A stretch of DNA of 64,000 nt from Sarea resinae (lineage: Eukaryota), in the NCBI GenBank assembly GCA_026026165.1, contig JAPEUD010000043.1, positions 124,001-188,000 of the forward strand, given 5' to 3'. Positions within the stretch are counted from its first letter, which is position 1. Every line of letters starts with the position of its first letter. The notes beneath the pieces were generated by a model. The model saw only the letters and a list, made by a program, of their open reading frames with translations, had not been told where the DNA came from and did not search any database. Positions 47,298 through 60,449 of this stretch are shown here, piece after piece. The position numbers and the translations under genes are program-made.

Positions 47298-50192
47298 CTT
47301 CAGGACTGCGAATGTGATTTAGAAAGTACTCCGGAGTATATGAGGTCAGTGTTGATGGAATGCTGGTGTTCTTTGGGATTAAGGTAGTTGGAGGTGAAGG
47401 GTAGTAATTAATGGTAGGTAGGTGGGTAATTGAACAGGTGTATATATATATAGTGTCACAGAATGAAGTGTTGGATAGAGGGGTCAATGGGGAATTATGC
47501 GGTGGATTGGGGATCAATATATAATCAAGGTCCATAGAGACCGTCCCGTGATGCACGTTGTTCCCCATGCATGGGCGGGGTACTGTCGAAGCCATCATGG
47601 TTGATACGGTACATAGACTCGGACAAGAATGGCTCAAGCATCCAGGCCGGGAGATCAGAAAAGACAGGCAAGCCAAGAAGCCACGCGTGCTCCGAATGAG
47701 CTGATTCGCTCTCCAGATCCATCATGGGAACGGAGTGCCAACAAGCACTGGGGGTTCTCTACCATTGAGAGGTAGGGGAGGTAGGGGAGGGATGGAGGGA
47801 TGGATGGTGTGGAATTTGGCTTCTTCCGTGGAAGCCGCACCGGTGATGCCGTCGGGCCTCGTTTCATTGGCAACAAGTGATGGTATCGGCGGCAAAGGGA
47901 GACGAGCCACGGCACCGAGGGTCTCCAGCTGTCCTCTCTGTCACTACCTGGGCTTACTGCTAGCATTACTATGTAGTTGGGGGGGTGGTTAATGGAGGTG
48001 GCAAGTGTGTGTTCGCGGCTTCCTCGATCTGGAAAGTCCTGAGGATGGGATTGCCAGAATAACTTGGTTCCACGAGAAGTGACAGTGTGGGTGAGGCAGC
48101 CAGAGGACAGCCAGCGAGAGCCAGAGAGAGCCAGCGAGAGCCAGGGAGAAAGAGCCAGAGTGAGATCGAATGAAAGCGGGATGGCGGGCCCTGGCGTTTG
48201 TTGGGCACGTGCGCCATGAGAATAGTTCCAAGCTGATGGTTCAGACCTTCCTTCGGAGTACTGTCTCCCAAGCTGCCTGCCCACCTTACTCGACCAGGCC
48301 GTAGTGTCCTCCGCCACAGCCGAAGCAGAGGAATGCGGAGATCAAACCAAAGAGTACATCCCGCTTATGTGCGACTACCGCGCCGACCACTGCATCACTA
48401 ACGACCAAGGCAAGACTAACGACTCACTCGCGATTACACGATTGCCATACCCCAACAATTGCAGCATTTCCTGACTTACTGATTCCAGGAACCCGGTCAG
48501 CCCATGGCCGGACCGGAGAAGTCAATTGAGGAGTGGAAGGCCACCTGCCACCCTGTCCTGATTGTTGTTCAGCAGGTGTGATGTCTTGACCTTTTTTCTT
48601 TTCTTCTGCCCGCTGTGTTCCGCGTCCTCTCGGCCCTTCGGTCTCTCGTGCCCCCTCAGCAGACTTCCAGACCGGTGTGTCGTGCATGTTTGTTTGGGGC
48701 TATCGACCTACTCGAGCACCCAACGATGAGGTAGGTTTGTACGGAGTACTCCGTACTCCCCGAGGCGTCCAGAATGCCAGGGCACAAGGGAAAGGATACA
48801 TCAGGGCAGGTACGCAGTCGAGTGGTACATCTAGATCAGCCGTCAAAAGTATACAAGGATCAAGTCTCTAGCTTCTTACATGGGTATCAATCGATACTCT
48901 TCGTTTCGCAACTGGTAAATGGTTTCCTTCTGGAGCAGGCACTGACAAGTTACAGAGTACAGCACAGCAACCTACGATGTCGGGCATCACCACTATTGAC
49001 AGTCGCCGCCGAACGAAGGAGGGTTTAGGTAAGCGTCCACGAGGCTTACGGATACACACTTTTGACAGTCGTGATCCAATCGAGGCATCCGACATTCATC
49101 ACGATCTCTGGCTCGAATAGCCATATGTGGGTTGGGCCCACGCCGTGGGATGGAACGTACTTCGGAGTAGCGGTCGAGATACCGACGACAGCAGACAGAG
49201 AGATGGCCGATCAAGAAAAAAAAGGGCCCCTGGCCATCCGGTTCCCCTATCCCCTTGGCCTAGTTTAGTGCCGTCCAGTATTCTTAGACACGCCTTAGTC
49301 AATCGTTCGCCCATAGTGCCGGCGTCGAAGCATTACGCGTGATTGTCGATCTATTTGGCCGATGGGTTGACCTCCAGGGCTCCCCCGTTGACTTCAGGTT
49401 GTTGACCCCCGCGGCTGCCCGTCGCTTAACGTACGGATAGATGGAGTTATGATTATCCGTTCCATTTACCTAAGCCACCTCCACTGCACCTCCAGCTACA
49501 CCCGGCTCACCAGGGAACTCCCCGAATTCTCTAATCTCCATGCCCGCTCTGGATGCCGATTCTCCCAAAATAGCGAATCCGATGTTCCCGGGGACAGCAG
49601 CTTTGCCGACATCAGATCAAAACTGACGGAAGGACGGGCATCAATATAATTTGACGGGAACCTCGGAAACGTGTCACTAAAATGCAAAGTCGTCATGGAC
49701 ATCTCACAGGATACAACATTTGAGAAATACAGTACTCTCGCCGATGCTCATCATTTCATCATGACAGGCACATAGAGTCGGAACATGGAGGGTATGCATA
49801 CTCGGAGTACTCCGATACTTTCCCACCTATCCTCCCAGCACACTACCATTCCAACGTTATTTCTAAAGGCGTCTTTTTTGTACCATCGAGGTCAAACTCC
49901 CGGAAGAACAATAGGCTATATTATCGCGGCTTATTTGTTCTCGCTGGCCACCGGGAAGGAGCTAGAACACTGCTTGTTTTCTAATATGGAATGCATGGAT
50001 CGCAAAGACAAAATCACAAAGGGCGAGGCAAATTCGCTTTGTTGTCTGAGCTACCCAAGAGACCGATGTCTATCTAATCAGATAAGCCCCAACCTGCATC
50101 GATGCCAGTGGCGCCCTTCTTCCCCTTTTTCCCTTTCCTCTTGCAGTGCGCAACAGCGTCATTTTTTCCAGGCCTTTCACCGATGTCTGAGG

Positions 50193-52362
50193 TCACTCCT
50201 GGCCATTAGCATGAATGCGATTGCTGGGTCTGGTTTGTGCAAACACACCCGTGGACACTCTGGAAGCATACGCCTTGCACGTAGCGTCGCTCTGATGGAG
50301 TATTTCAAGCTTCTTCTGGAGGTCTTCTCGCTGGTTTTGCCTCTCTTCAGACTCCCCTGCGACCTTCGCTACAAGTTCGGCGTCCATATTGAGGACCCCC
50401 GTTGGGTCGAACACAGAGGAAAGACCGTTGATGAACTCAGACTCAAGGACTTGAATGGGAACGTTATCGATGAAGACCTTCATCGAAACCTAGCATATTT
50501 TGTCAGCGCAGGCAACAGAGGATTACAAGCTTTTCAACCTTATAATAAGCATTCATGTGATTGAGTGTAGCCTTGGCAGCGATACGGTCCATATCAGGAT
50601 CCTCTCCCGGTACAAGGAGACTCGTAATCCAGTCAGTATCCACTTCCGTTAACTTTCCACGTTGGAATGCAATTTTCAGCTTGCGTCTTATCTCTATTCT
50701 GCGATCTTCGTTCTCTTGCTTCCTCACATTGTCGGTGAGGTAATGGTTATAAGTAATTGGATGGCCGCTGAGGTCCTTCATCAGACTGGCCAGCTTTTCG
50801 TTGGCCTTCTCTATCCTCAGATCCCATATCGGATCAATGATAAATTGAAACAAGGCATCGCAAACGTATCCGTCTGCAAGGTAGCGCACAGCCAACTCAA
50901 GAAACGCATGTACTTTCTTCCACACCGTGACGACATGCTCTTTTGCAATTCCTTCCCAAGGAGAGGCGTACTCGCGAAAGAGCTCCCCAACTAACAGTGG
51001 ATTCAAGGTTCCTGGAAGTTCCTTTCCTCGACTGCGTTGGATTAGAAGAATGACCCTCTCAATGGCGCGTGCTCTAGTCAGGCACCGAGGCCCTGTTGGC
51101 TCTTCAACAATCTGCCACCGGCTCCCCTCGACGCGAAGTCTTTTCTCAAAAGATGTGCTATCATTCTGGACAAAGGCACGAACTCGCTTCAGCGAATTGT
51201 CTGGATCCATGGCATCGCCAAAAAAAGCTTCCTTATAATTCCCTTCGGACGCTGCGTCGCAAAGAGATTTGAAACGCTGACTCAAGTCAATCAAGAATAG
51301 TCTTTGCTCCGCTTCGGTTTTGCGGCTTCTCCCTAATCTGTCCAGGTCTGCCTGAGCCTTTTCAATGCTGGCCTGAATATCTTGAACAAGGTGGGGCAGT
51401 TCCTTGCCGATTTGGTCGAACAGTACAGAACTCAAACGGTCCCGGAGCGCTCTAATTCCCACAGTCGATGGCTCTATTAAACTCCAATTGCTGTGGGTGA
51501 AGAACTCCTCTTCCTTCTTGTCTCGCAGAGAGATGTCGCCGCTCTGCTCGTCGTAGCCGAGGTTCCTGACGACATGCCATCCCAACTTGAAATGAACATC
51601 TTGGTTTCGAGCAAGATTCAAGAAGGCGGTTTCACTGTCGGAGTTGTGGTGCAGCGTGTCCGGCTTGGTAATGATACCTAGAGTGCGACATCCCTCCGTA
51701 TCAATCATGCGAGCTCGCTTCAGTATAATCTGATTTGCGTAGTCGTTCCTTGCTGACACTACGGCTAGGATGATGCTTCTTGACTTTTTCATGTAAGACT
51801 GGACCAGCTTCTTCACAAGCTCGACGTCTGCCTCTGTTTGCAGCTTGTTTTCCGAATGGATCAATCCGGGGAGGTCCACGATAGTCAGCTGCGGCATCTT
51901 TGGTCCTGTGACTTCTATTCGGAGGATATCGGTAGAGAAAGCATTGCCAGTTGGCCCCAGGCCCATTGCCTCTTTGGCCTGAGTTATAAGATCTGCCAAG
52001 GTCTCAAGAGTGTCCAAACTATGTCTGAAGTTGAGAAGTAGTAGACGGTCAGAGTCAGATCTGCCTTGGCCAGGAATGATTGAGACCGTTGCCTCAATGC
52101 CGCCATCTCGTCGAAGGATCACCTCTGTCGCAAATCGAGTACAGAGATGATCTTTCTTGGGAAATGGGATCCCAGAAATAGCCTCGAGGACGGAGCTTTT
52201 TCCGCTGGACTGATCGCCGCAGACGACGAGCTGGGGGAGAGGTAACAGAGCGCTGAGACCCTGAGCTCTCAAGGCGTCGACGACATTAAGTAATTCTTGC
52301 TGTTTGGAAGATTGCAGAGATTTGAGATTTTCCAGACTATAATCGTGCGCAGTTGACCCCAT
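50193..52362 (-). CDS. Mx/dynamin-related large GTPase (about 706 aa)
   Basis: Exons 50539-52362 and 50193-50489. G1 GDQSSGKS, G2 CTRF, G3 DLPG, G4 TKPD, LGWHVVRN, RGKELPG. Splicing restores the GED-like AYYK|VSMKVFIDNV. Confidence 0.92.
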
Positions 52363-53138
52363 AGTGGAGGAGATAATGGAAAATACTTGGTGTGATTAAG
52401 GGGATCAGCTTAGGTTGAAAAAGCGTCTGCGAACATCTCCCTCTTAAACAGCAGAGGGCTCTATGAGTACTATTTCATCTTCGCTACCATAAATTTCTCC
52501 GCATCGATTCAAGGGAGCTTCCTAGTGGCAAGCCAACATTGGAAGGCTTGTGATTACCAGTCAATTGGTCTATATCTGTCAACTTCAGAGAACTCGCCCT
52601 ACATTCAGAGTCTCTGCTATGATACCGCATCCCAAGGTATTACTGATGATAGCTGTCAGAGCTCTATTCCTATTTGGGTGCTATCAACATCGCTATGTCG
52701 TAAGTCCTTGATATGGAATAGCGTGGCCCAAATTCGTGCCAGGGCGGGGAATCAAGGTACAACTTGAGGCATTTGCATGGCTACCGGGCCTTTTCAAGAT
52801 GCAGATCCATGGATGCAGGATACACCTGCAGGGCCGCACCGCCACGATCGCGCAGATATCAATTGTTTCCTAACCATTATTATCTGGTCGTCGCCGTCTT
52901 TTGAAATCTGTAGGTAGGCATCATAGCGCACTTCAGATCCTCTGTCTTGCAACGTTAGATCATATCCAGCATGTGACATGACGTCCAGCTCAAAGTCAGA
53001 AGAACAAAACAGATCCGGCCCTCCACTGCCCCAGGTCATTTGAGGTTACGTTTTACAATCTGAGGATTATTTGTCCACTACAGCATGAGAAAAAGAGGGT
53101 ATACGTGAATTATCAACGAGTGAGGAAAGGGTTGCGCA

Positions 53139-55451
53139 ATGGCGACAGCAGAACACCTTCGTCATGTGCAAGAGATCGTCCGCTACACTTTTGTCGAGCC
53201 TGGATACTTGAAGCAAGCGCTCACCGCTGCTGGTGCGGAGGAAGAGAATCATGACGGCAACAGAAAACTGGCTCAAGTGGGAGATCTCTTGATCAAACTG
53301 GTTTTGCTCATCAAATCATTCTTTGCAGGCGCTTCACGAGGTAGGCATCCATCTATACCGAAGAGCTGCATCTTCGCTTACTTATCACTCCGCAGGGGAC
53401 GCCAATGATATATTGCAAACTGCTGCCAGCCGGAAGCGCCGCGCCACAGTAGCAAAGGCCACTCATATTGATGCCTGCATCAGATGTAGTCCGTGGCAAA
53501 GTGGCCAATCTACGCCGCCTCTTGCAGTGCTGAATCTGGCAATATCCGCTATCGTTGGCGCTGCATGGCATGATTCCGGACAAAGCTTTGCCATAGTGAG
53601 CCAGGTCGTCCAGCAGCTAGGGTGAGTCCGAACCAGTAGGTCTATCACTGTCTGTCTAGGCTATTAATTCAATAGACTAGTCTCGATCCGCAGGATCATA
53701 CTTATGTGGACCCTAACGTGATATCTCCTAATCAAAATATACCTGTTCCTTCTGACCAGTCGATTTCTTTCGACGAACGAGAAACTACTCCAAGCTGCGC
53801 AGTCCGTGCTCCCATTTCACCGTTTACCTGGAATGCTGGACTCTTTAGTCAAAGTTCTTCCGATGACGCGACCTTGTTCAACAGGAATGGTTCCCCTGGT
53901 GTTCAAAGGGTGGATATCATTTCCTCCCAGGAACTAAACAGCGACACAACAGGTGCTACGGACCTTGAAATTTTGGAATTGACGCCCAATCTGGAAGTGC
54001 CACTCCGAGAAGTTTCCTTTCCTACAAGCGAAGAGCACTTTCCTAGTAGTGTCGTGTGGCAACGGGAAACAGGAGATGATCAAGGCGTTTATTCTGACAA
54101 GTTTGGTGGAGCTTTGTTAGAGAATGAGCATCTAGAGGATATCGTTGGTATCCAAAGTGATCCTATACTGGCTTCTCATCTAGCACACCGCCGGTCAAAC
54201 AAGCAGTCGGATCTAAACCAGATCAGGCCCGAAGAAACAACCCTTGATTATAATATTGGCAGTAACGCGATCGACGAAGTAATCGACCGAGCATTGAGTG
54301 GAATCGAAGAAATAGGGGTCCCCGCTGCTCCTTGCCCTCAGAACGCGATAGCGATGACCAGAGGTTGTGCGGTCAAGAGAAAACCGAGTTCAAATTCAAG
54401 CACTGGTTCGAAGAGGGCACGTCGTCGCAATTACCGTACGGGTTTGCGTGAGGAGACAGACGCTTTGCTTGGAAAACATTGTTTTCTCGAGAGTGTGAAA
54501 TGCCAGAATCTAGGACTACCCTGCCCAGAACAGACCTTCAACCTTTCAAGAATGAGAAATTTTCTCTCAGATCCTTGTGTCGAGGGATACAAGCTTGCAC
54601 TTACTGACTTCTCTCTCGAGATCGCCAGCTCAGGGTCTCTGGCCCTTCTACAAGACATCATCCAGGCGTCTCGACACAGCCCAATGAGCTACTCACGGGA
54701 TACTGGATTCGCCGTTTCGAATGTCGAAAGGCTGAAGGCGATTGGGCGTCTTGACAAAGGCATTGCTTACTCTGGTCTTCTGCGGAGATATCATGTTTTG
54801 CAACTATACAGGGATAGCCGGGGTTCCTCATCAAGAGTAGTCGATGGCTTTGTCATGGACACAAATGACATCATCTCAAGAACGGCTAAGAGAAGCAATG
54901 GTAATCCTTTGAACAACAGCCATGCCGAAATCACGAAGTCGTTAATGCAGGAGGTTCATCCTGAACTTCAGGGCGGAACATCTGTATATGAACAGAAGTA
55001 TCGTAAAATTAAAGGCCTGCAAAAGCTGGGGCAGCGCCTCGACTTGCTGACAACTAGGTTTGGAGATGGCATAATTGGTCTATTACCACCAAACACTAAT
55101 CTGGTCTCTGGAAGCCTAGCATATGTACTCGCAGACAATACGTATGTTGAGTCTACGGGCGCCTTCGTTCCAGAGCTAATTATTTCTAGAATCTCGCCGC
55201 TACCAGACAATATTTTCACTGAATTCATCAAACTGCTCGACCAGTGCCAGGGCGACATGCTACGTAAATTCAGTGACGCTGCCAGAGTTATTCTAGACTA
55301 CATTTTCTACGGTCAAGTCGACGGCCCTAGACACTTTCCTATCGAGCAGATTGAACGAGCGCAAATCGAAAATCAGCCAAAAGGGTCTCCAAGGCTACTA
55401 GAGCTTCTAGCTCCTATTACCAGCAACGACCCATACTCAGCAACGAGTTGA
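53139..55451 (+). CDS. RNase III-like domain fused to a linker and an uncharacterised helical C-terminal domain (about 716 aa)
   Basis: Exons 53139-53340, 53396-53621, 53681-55141 and 55190-55451 join in frame. N-terminal VQEIVRYTF...LKQALTAAG...DGNRKLAQVGD...AIVGAAWHDS matches the RNase III fold pattern. Confidence 0.72.
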
Positions 55452-56731
55452 TAGTGGTATCGAAGCTCGTCAATGACCTCGAATGGTATACGGCATACAA
55501 TGATCTCGCCGACTAGGTCTGGGACAGCGAAAGCAACGATCAAAGGTCAGTCCAGTCGATCAGGAATCCTCGCATACGGCCTAGAGATTAGCGACGTGCT
55601 ATGACCAACGAACTGTACTGCATCGAAGACTTGTCCGAAGAGCACAATCTCGATGATATCCCTAATAGTACCACGGGTTATGGCTCCTCAATTATATGGT
55701 TGAACATAATAATAAATTCCTGCATACGCGGAAACACTTTGATCAGGGTTTTCAAATTGGATTCGCAGGCCTAATTAGTATAGCATGCCACCCCTTCCAA
55801 TGTATTTGGACAACACGGGACTAAGGAGTCCAGACTGTTCAGCCAATCAAGGACCTAATGCCCACGCAATCATCGAACGGATAAGGCCGAGATCACTACT
55901 AATCCTCGAAATGATCACTCGGATCAAAAGTTAGATCGCACGTGGCAAGCGACCCTGGGATATAATGCAACGTCCACAAGATATCAGCGCTCAAGAACTT
56001 CATGGAACTCGACGGCTATTCGATTCGCCAAGGAAGAAGGCACGTGTACCAGTGTTACCCTCAGTAGGCAGCAGTGTGATGGCTGGTGGTGAGGTTCACG
56101 CGCAATAAGTGGTTCATGCGGAAAAGGATATGGATACAAAGGCTGTAGTAGATGATGCGACGCTTGCCTCATATATGCTCTTGATCTATCACTTATCAAG
56201 AAATAAGCCAGCTCCGGCAGGATCTGAAGCTTCTGGAATCAAACGCAATAATCATATGAAGCTTGAAGATACGTAATAATGTTGTACAAGTCCAATTTGA
56301 AAGCAGCAAAGCACACGAAACACAAATAGTCGAACATTGATTGTCGTCAATGTAAGGCCGATATAGACCGAGTCTAAGCCATACATTAATAATTGTTGAC
56401 AGTCGCTGTGGAAGTCAAAGTAGTAACGTCATCATTCTCGCGAACATCTTGACAGCCCAAGCAATATAAACAATAGCCCATCTGCATATGTTATCATATT
56501 CAACAATTCCATCGTGCAGCTCCTTCTTTGAAGAAATTAAAGCAATTGCGTTCAAAGCCCGTATAATTACGGACATCCATGATATTGATGACATAGCTAG
56601 CAACCTCTGCTTGCGTGCTTGCCTTGCGCACGGCGCGAGAACCCCACAGCTCGCGCTTGCTTCCTTATCAGGTCCCCGCCCCTCACCCCCCTCCTCAATC
56701 TCCAGGCTCCGCGGCACAAATAGGCAAGAAG

Positions 56732-58224
56732 ATGGGCGCGGCCAACTCAAGCACAGCTGCTGGAGCAGTCGAAGCCAGCGCCACGGCGCCGCCGGACCGC
56801 TTTGAAGGATTCATGATCGAGTCGCAGGAGCAATGGAGCACGTTTACGAGAAAACAGGTGCGCACGCTTCTCAATCCCTCTCTCTGTACCTCTTCAAATA
56901 AACACCCCGGCACTCACCATTCAAAACCTAGTTCAAAGTCAAGCCATTCGGCGACCACGACATCGACGTCCGCATCGACACCTGCGGCGTCTGCGGCAGC
57001 GACATCCACACCATCACCGGCGGCTGGGGCGATTGCCACCTGCCGCTGTGCCCCGGCCACGAGGTCATCGGACATGCGATTCGCGTGGGCCCGAAGGTGA
57101 AGACGGTCAAGGTCGGCGATCGCGTCGGCGTCGGGGCCCAGATCTGGTCGTGTCTCGAGTGCCGGAATTGCAAGTCCGATAACGAGAATTATTGCCCGCA
57201 TCAAGTCGGTGGGTTCATTTTGTTCGCATGTTTATCTGCTTGCTGTCCAACACCCTCACCCTACCTACCCCTGCCCACCCCCGTGGGTTTCTTTGATTAC
57301 TATTCTCATGGCGGGGAAGAAGTAGCCATCGTAGTAAAACCCCAGTAGTGACTCCGCCCCCAAGTTCAAAGACTCTATCTACGCAAGTCTAGCTAATCAA
57401 CCAGCACTTCCGAATATCCAGCCACCTACAACTCGCCCTACCCAGACGGCACGATCTCGCAAGGCGGGTACGCCAGCCACATGCGCGCGCACGAATACTT
57501 CACATTCCCGATCCCGGCCGCGCTCTCGTCGACGACCGCGGCGCCGCTGCTCTGCGCGGGCATCACGGTCTACAGCCCCCTCGTGCGGGCGGGAGTCGGG
57601 CCCGGCAAGAAGGTGGCCGTGGTCGGCATCGGCGGGCTGGGCCACTACGCGCTGCTGCTCTCAAAGGCGCTGGGCGCGGACACGTACGCGATCAGCCATA
57701 CGGCGGACAAGGAGGCGCTGGCGCTGTCGCTGGGCGCCAAGGCTTTCATCTGCACGGCCACCGACGACGACGGCAAGGACGGCGACGATGAGGACAAGGA
57801 CGGCGAGGACGGCAGCAAGAGGACGCCCAAGTGGCAGGAGCCGTGGGCCGGCACCTTCGATCTGGTCCTCAACGCCTCGGACGCCAACCCGGCCCTCGAC
57901 GTCCCCGCCTACCTTTCCACGCTGGTCGTGAACGGCACCTTCCACCACGTCGGCATCCCGGACCAGGCGGCTCGGCCGGCCCCACTGGGCGCGGGCGCGT
58001 ACATGGGCGGCGGCTGGAAGGTCGGCGCGAGCCATATCGGCAGCCGGAGGGAGATGCTCGAGATGCTGCAGCTGGTGAGCCGGAAGGGCATCGAGGGCTT
58101 GGTGGAAGAGGTGGCGGTCGGCGAGGACGGGTGCAGGGAGGCTGTCGAGAGGGTCAGGCGGGGCGATGCGAGGTTCCGGGTCGTGCTTACGGGCTTTGCG
58201 GATGCGTTTCCTGATCGGAAATGA
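56732..58224 (+). CDS. NADP-dependent cinnamyl-alcohol-dehydrogenase-like Zn ADH (Adh6/Adh7-like)
   Basis: Exons 56732-56857, 56932-about 57208, 57422-58224. Motifs: CGVCGSDIH, GHE, GDRVGVGAQ, CLECRNC..DNENYC, APLLCAGITVYSPL, GIGGLGH. Confidence 0.93.
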
Positions 58225-58537
58225 GGCTGGCTTTTTTGGTTTTTTCTTTTGGTTTACTATGCATAGAGAGAGAGGGAGAAAGGGGTAGGGAGGTAGACAG
58301 GCAGACAACCACTCGGCAGACAGACAAGCAGATCTTGAACATGACTTAGACTTGATTAGTTGGTAAATTCCAAGTGGATCAAATGCAGACAGCTTCATTC
58401 TCAACATCACAGGTCCGATGGACAGATGGACAGATAGGGCAAAGCGACCAGTGCCCAGTAGCCAACAATCAGTAGCCTTCCTCCAGCGCCCACCCAGCCC
58501 AGAGACCGTAGAGCCCCCCCTCACCACCAGGATCTAG

Positions 58538-60449
58538 CTAGTATTTCACGACGACCGTCTTCGTCTGCGTATACTCGGCCAGCACGGCCCTGCCATTCTC
58601 GCGTCCGCCCCCGCTGCCCTTCCAGCCGCCAAACGGCACGCTCGGATGCATGAAGAAGCCATTATTCACCGTGACGGTGCCGGCCTCGAGGCGATCGGCC
58701 ACGCGCATGGCGACGCCGAGATCGCGCGTGTACACGGAGGCGCCGAGGCCGTACTCGGAGTCGTTGGCGCGGCGCACGACGTCGGCCTCGGCGACGAACG
58801 TGTCGACGACGGCCACGGGCCCGAAGATCTCGCGAGCCAGCACGGGCGCGTCGGGCCGCGGCCGGAAGAACAGCGTCGGCTGCACGTAGCAGCCGCGGGT
58901 TTTTCCGGCCACCAGGTGCGGCGGCGGCGGGGCGGCGCCGCCGGTGATGAGTTCGGCCTCGGCTTTGCCGGCTTCGATGTGCGCGAGGACCGCGTCGCGC
59001 TGGCGGGCGTGGTAGAGTGGGGATGAGGCGGTGGTGGGGTCCAAGGGGTCGGCGCCGAGGTTCGCAGAGTGGGTTTCCAGGACGGCCTTGAGGCGCGCGA
59101 GGAATGCGGCGGCAATGGTCTCGTGCACGAAGATGCGCGTTCCGAGGACGCAGCCCTGGCCGTTGAGCACGAGGAAGGCCGAGGCGTTGGCGATGGCGAG
59201 GTCGAGGTCGGCGTCCGGGAAGACGATGATGGGGGTTTTGCCGCCGAGCTCGAGCGTCACGCTCTTGACGTTGCTCTGGGTGGCGGCGATCTGGATTTTC
59301 TTGCCCACGGCGACGGAGCCCGTGAAGGAGATCTTGCGGATCTTAGGGTGGGAGGAGAGGGCAGCGCCAGCGGAGGCGGTGCCGACGAGGATGTTGAGGA
59401 CGCCCGGGGGGATGCCGGCGGCCGTGGCGAGGGAGCCGAGGAGAAGGGTCGAAAAGGGGTTGGTTTCGGCGGCTTTGGAGATCATCACGTTGCCTGTTGC
59501 TAGGGCGGGGGCGGCTTTCATGGCAAAGGTTATCATGGGGCTGTTGTAAGCGTTGATGCCGGCGCAGATGCCGTAGGGGTAGTGTTTGACCATCTGTTGC
59601 GTACGCGGTTAGTTGGAATTTGAGACTCTTGCCTGGGAAAAGGAGTAATAGGTGGCGGCGCGAGCGGAATGTTGGATTATTTACCCGGAGTATGCCATCT
59701 TCGGATGGAGTCACGTCGCCCTCAAACTTGTCGATATAGCCCGCAAAGTCTGGACGGCGACATCAGTACATTTGCCTGTTGGGTTTCAAGTAATAGGTGA
59801 GATGGCCTGGCCTACATGTAAAGAGATCCGCCGCAGTCTTCGGCTCATACATGCCCGAGAATGTAATCTCTTTTCCCACGAGAATTGACTCGAGATAGCC
59901 CAGTTGCTGCGCATTTTCCAGGATGAGCTGTGCATAACGGAGAAGAAGATCACGTCGCTCGTCCTGGGTGGTGATTCAGTATAGAAGCTTGCAAAGTATG
60001 GGCTGAAGATGATATACAAGCGGCAAGCCTTTCCAGACAGGCAACGCTTTCTCAGCAGACTGAACGGCGACATCAACGTCTTCAGCATTTGCGCACTGGA
60101 CCTCTGACACGGTATAAAGTCAATCATTTCTTGCATCTCAAACGCGGTATACGGCTGGCTGGCTGTGCTCACCATCAGAGATAAGAGAGTCATCCACAGC
60201 CGAGCGTAAAGTCAGACGCTCGCGACCCTTCGAATCGACAAATTGACCGTGGATATATGGCTTTGTGGGCAGAGGATATTTAAAGGTTCGATCGGAGGAA
60301 TGCCGCGATTGGGACGATAGAGCACCGCTAATCAGGTGGGGCCATTGGGATGGGCCATGAATGATTGACCGTGGCGGGGTGAAAAACGACCTGGCCGGTC
60401 TTCGTAAAAACGAGGTAGAGGTTCGGACTCGTTCCAATGAAGTGGCCAT
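58538..60449 (-). CDS. NAD(P)-dependent aldehyde dehydrogenase, possibly mitochondrially targeted
   Basis: Five exons splice in frame. ISFTGS, LELGGK (general-base Glu), NGQGC (catalytic Cys), EIFGPV, PFGGWKGSG. Arg/Ser-rich N-terminus. Confidence 0.92.

Noticed and set aside
47655..48317. 220-aa minus-strand ORF upstream of the BDH-like gene
   Set aside because: Built partly from decamer repeats (CCAGMGAGAG) with a non-ATG start and no family motif.
49785..50564. 259-aa plus-strand ORF
   Set aside because: Overlaps the dynamin 3' exon in antisense; no recognisable domain.
48400..56500. Mobile-element boundaries around the dynamin/RNase III pair
   Set aside because: No terminal inverted or direct repeats, transposase or recombinase were found by eye.
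57661..58527. 288-aa minus-strand ORF
   Set aside because: Antisense to the GC-rich ADH exon, where stop codons are rare by composition.
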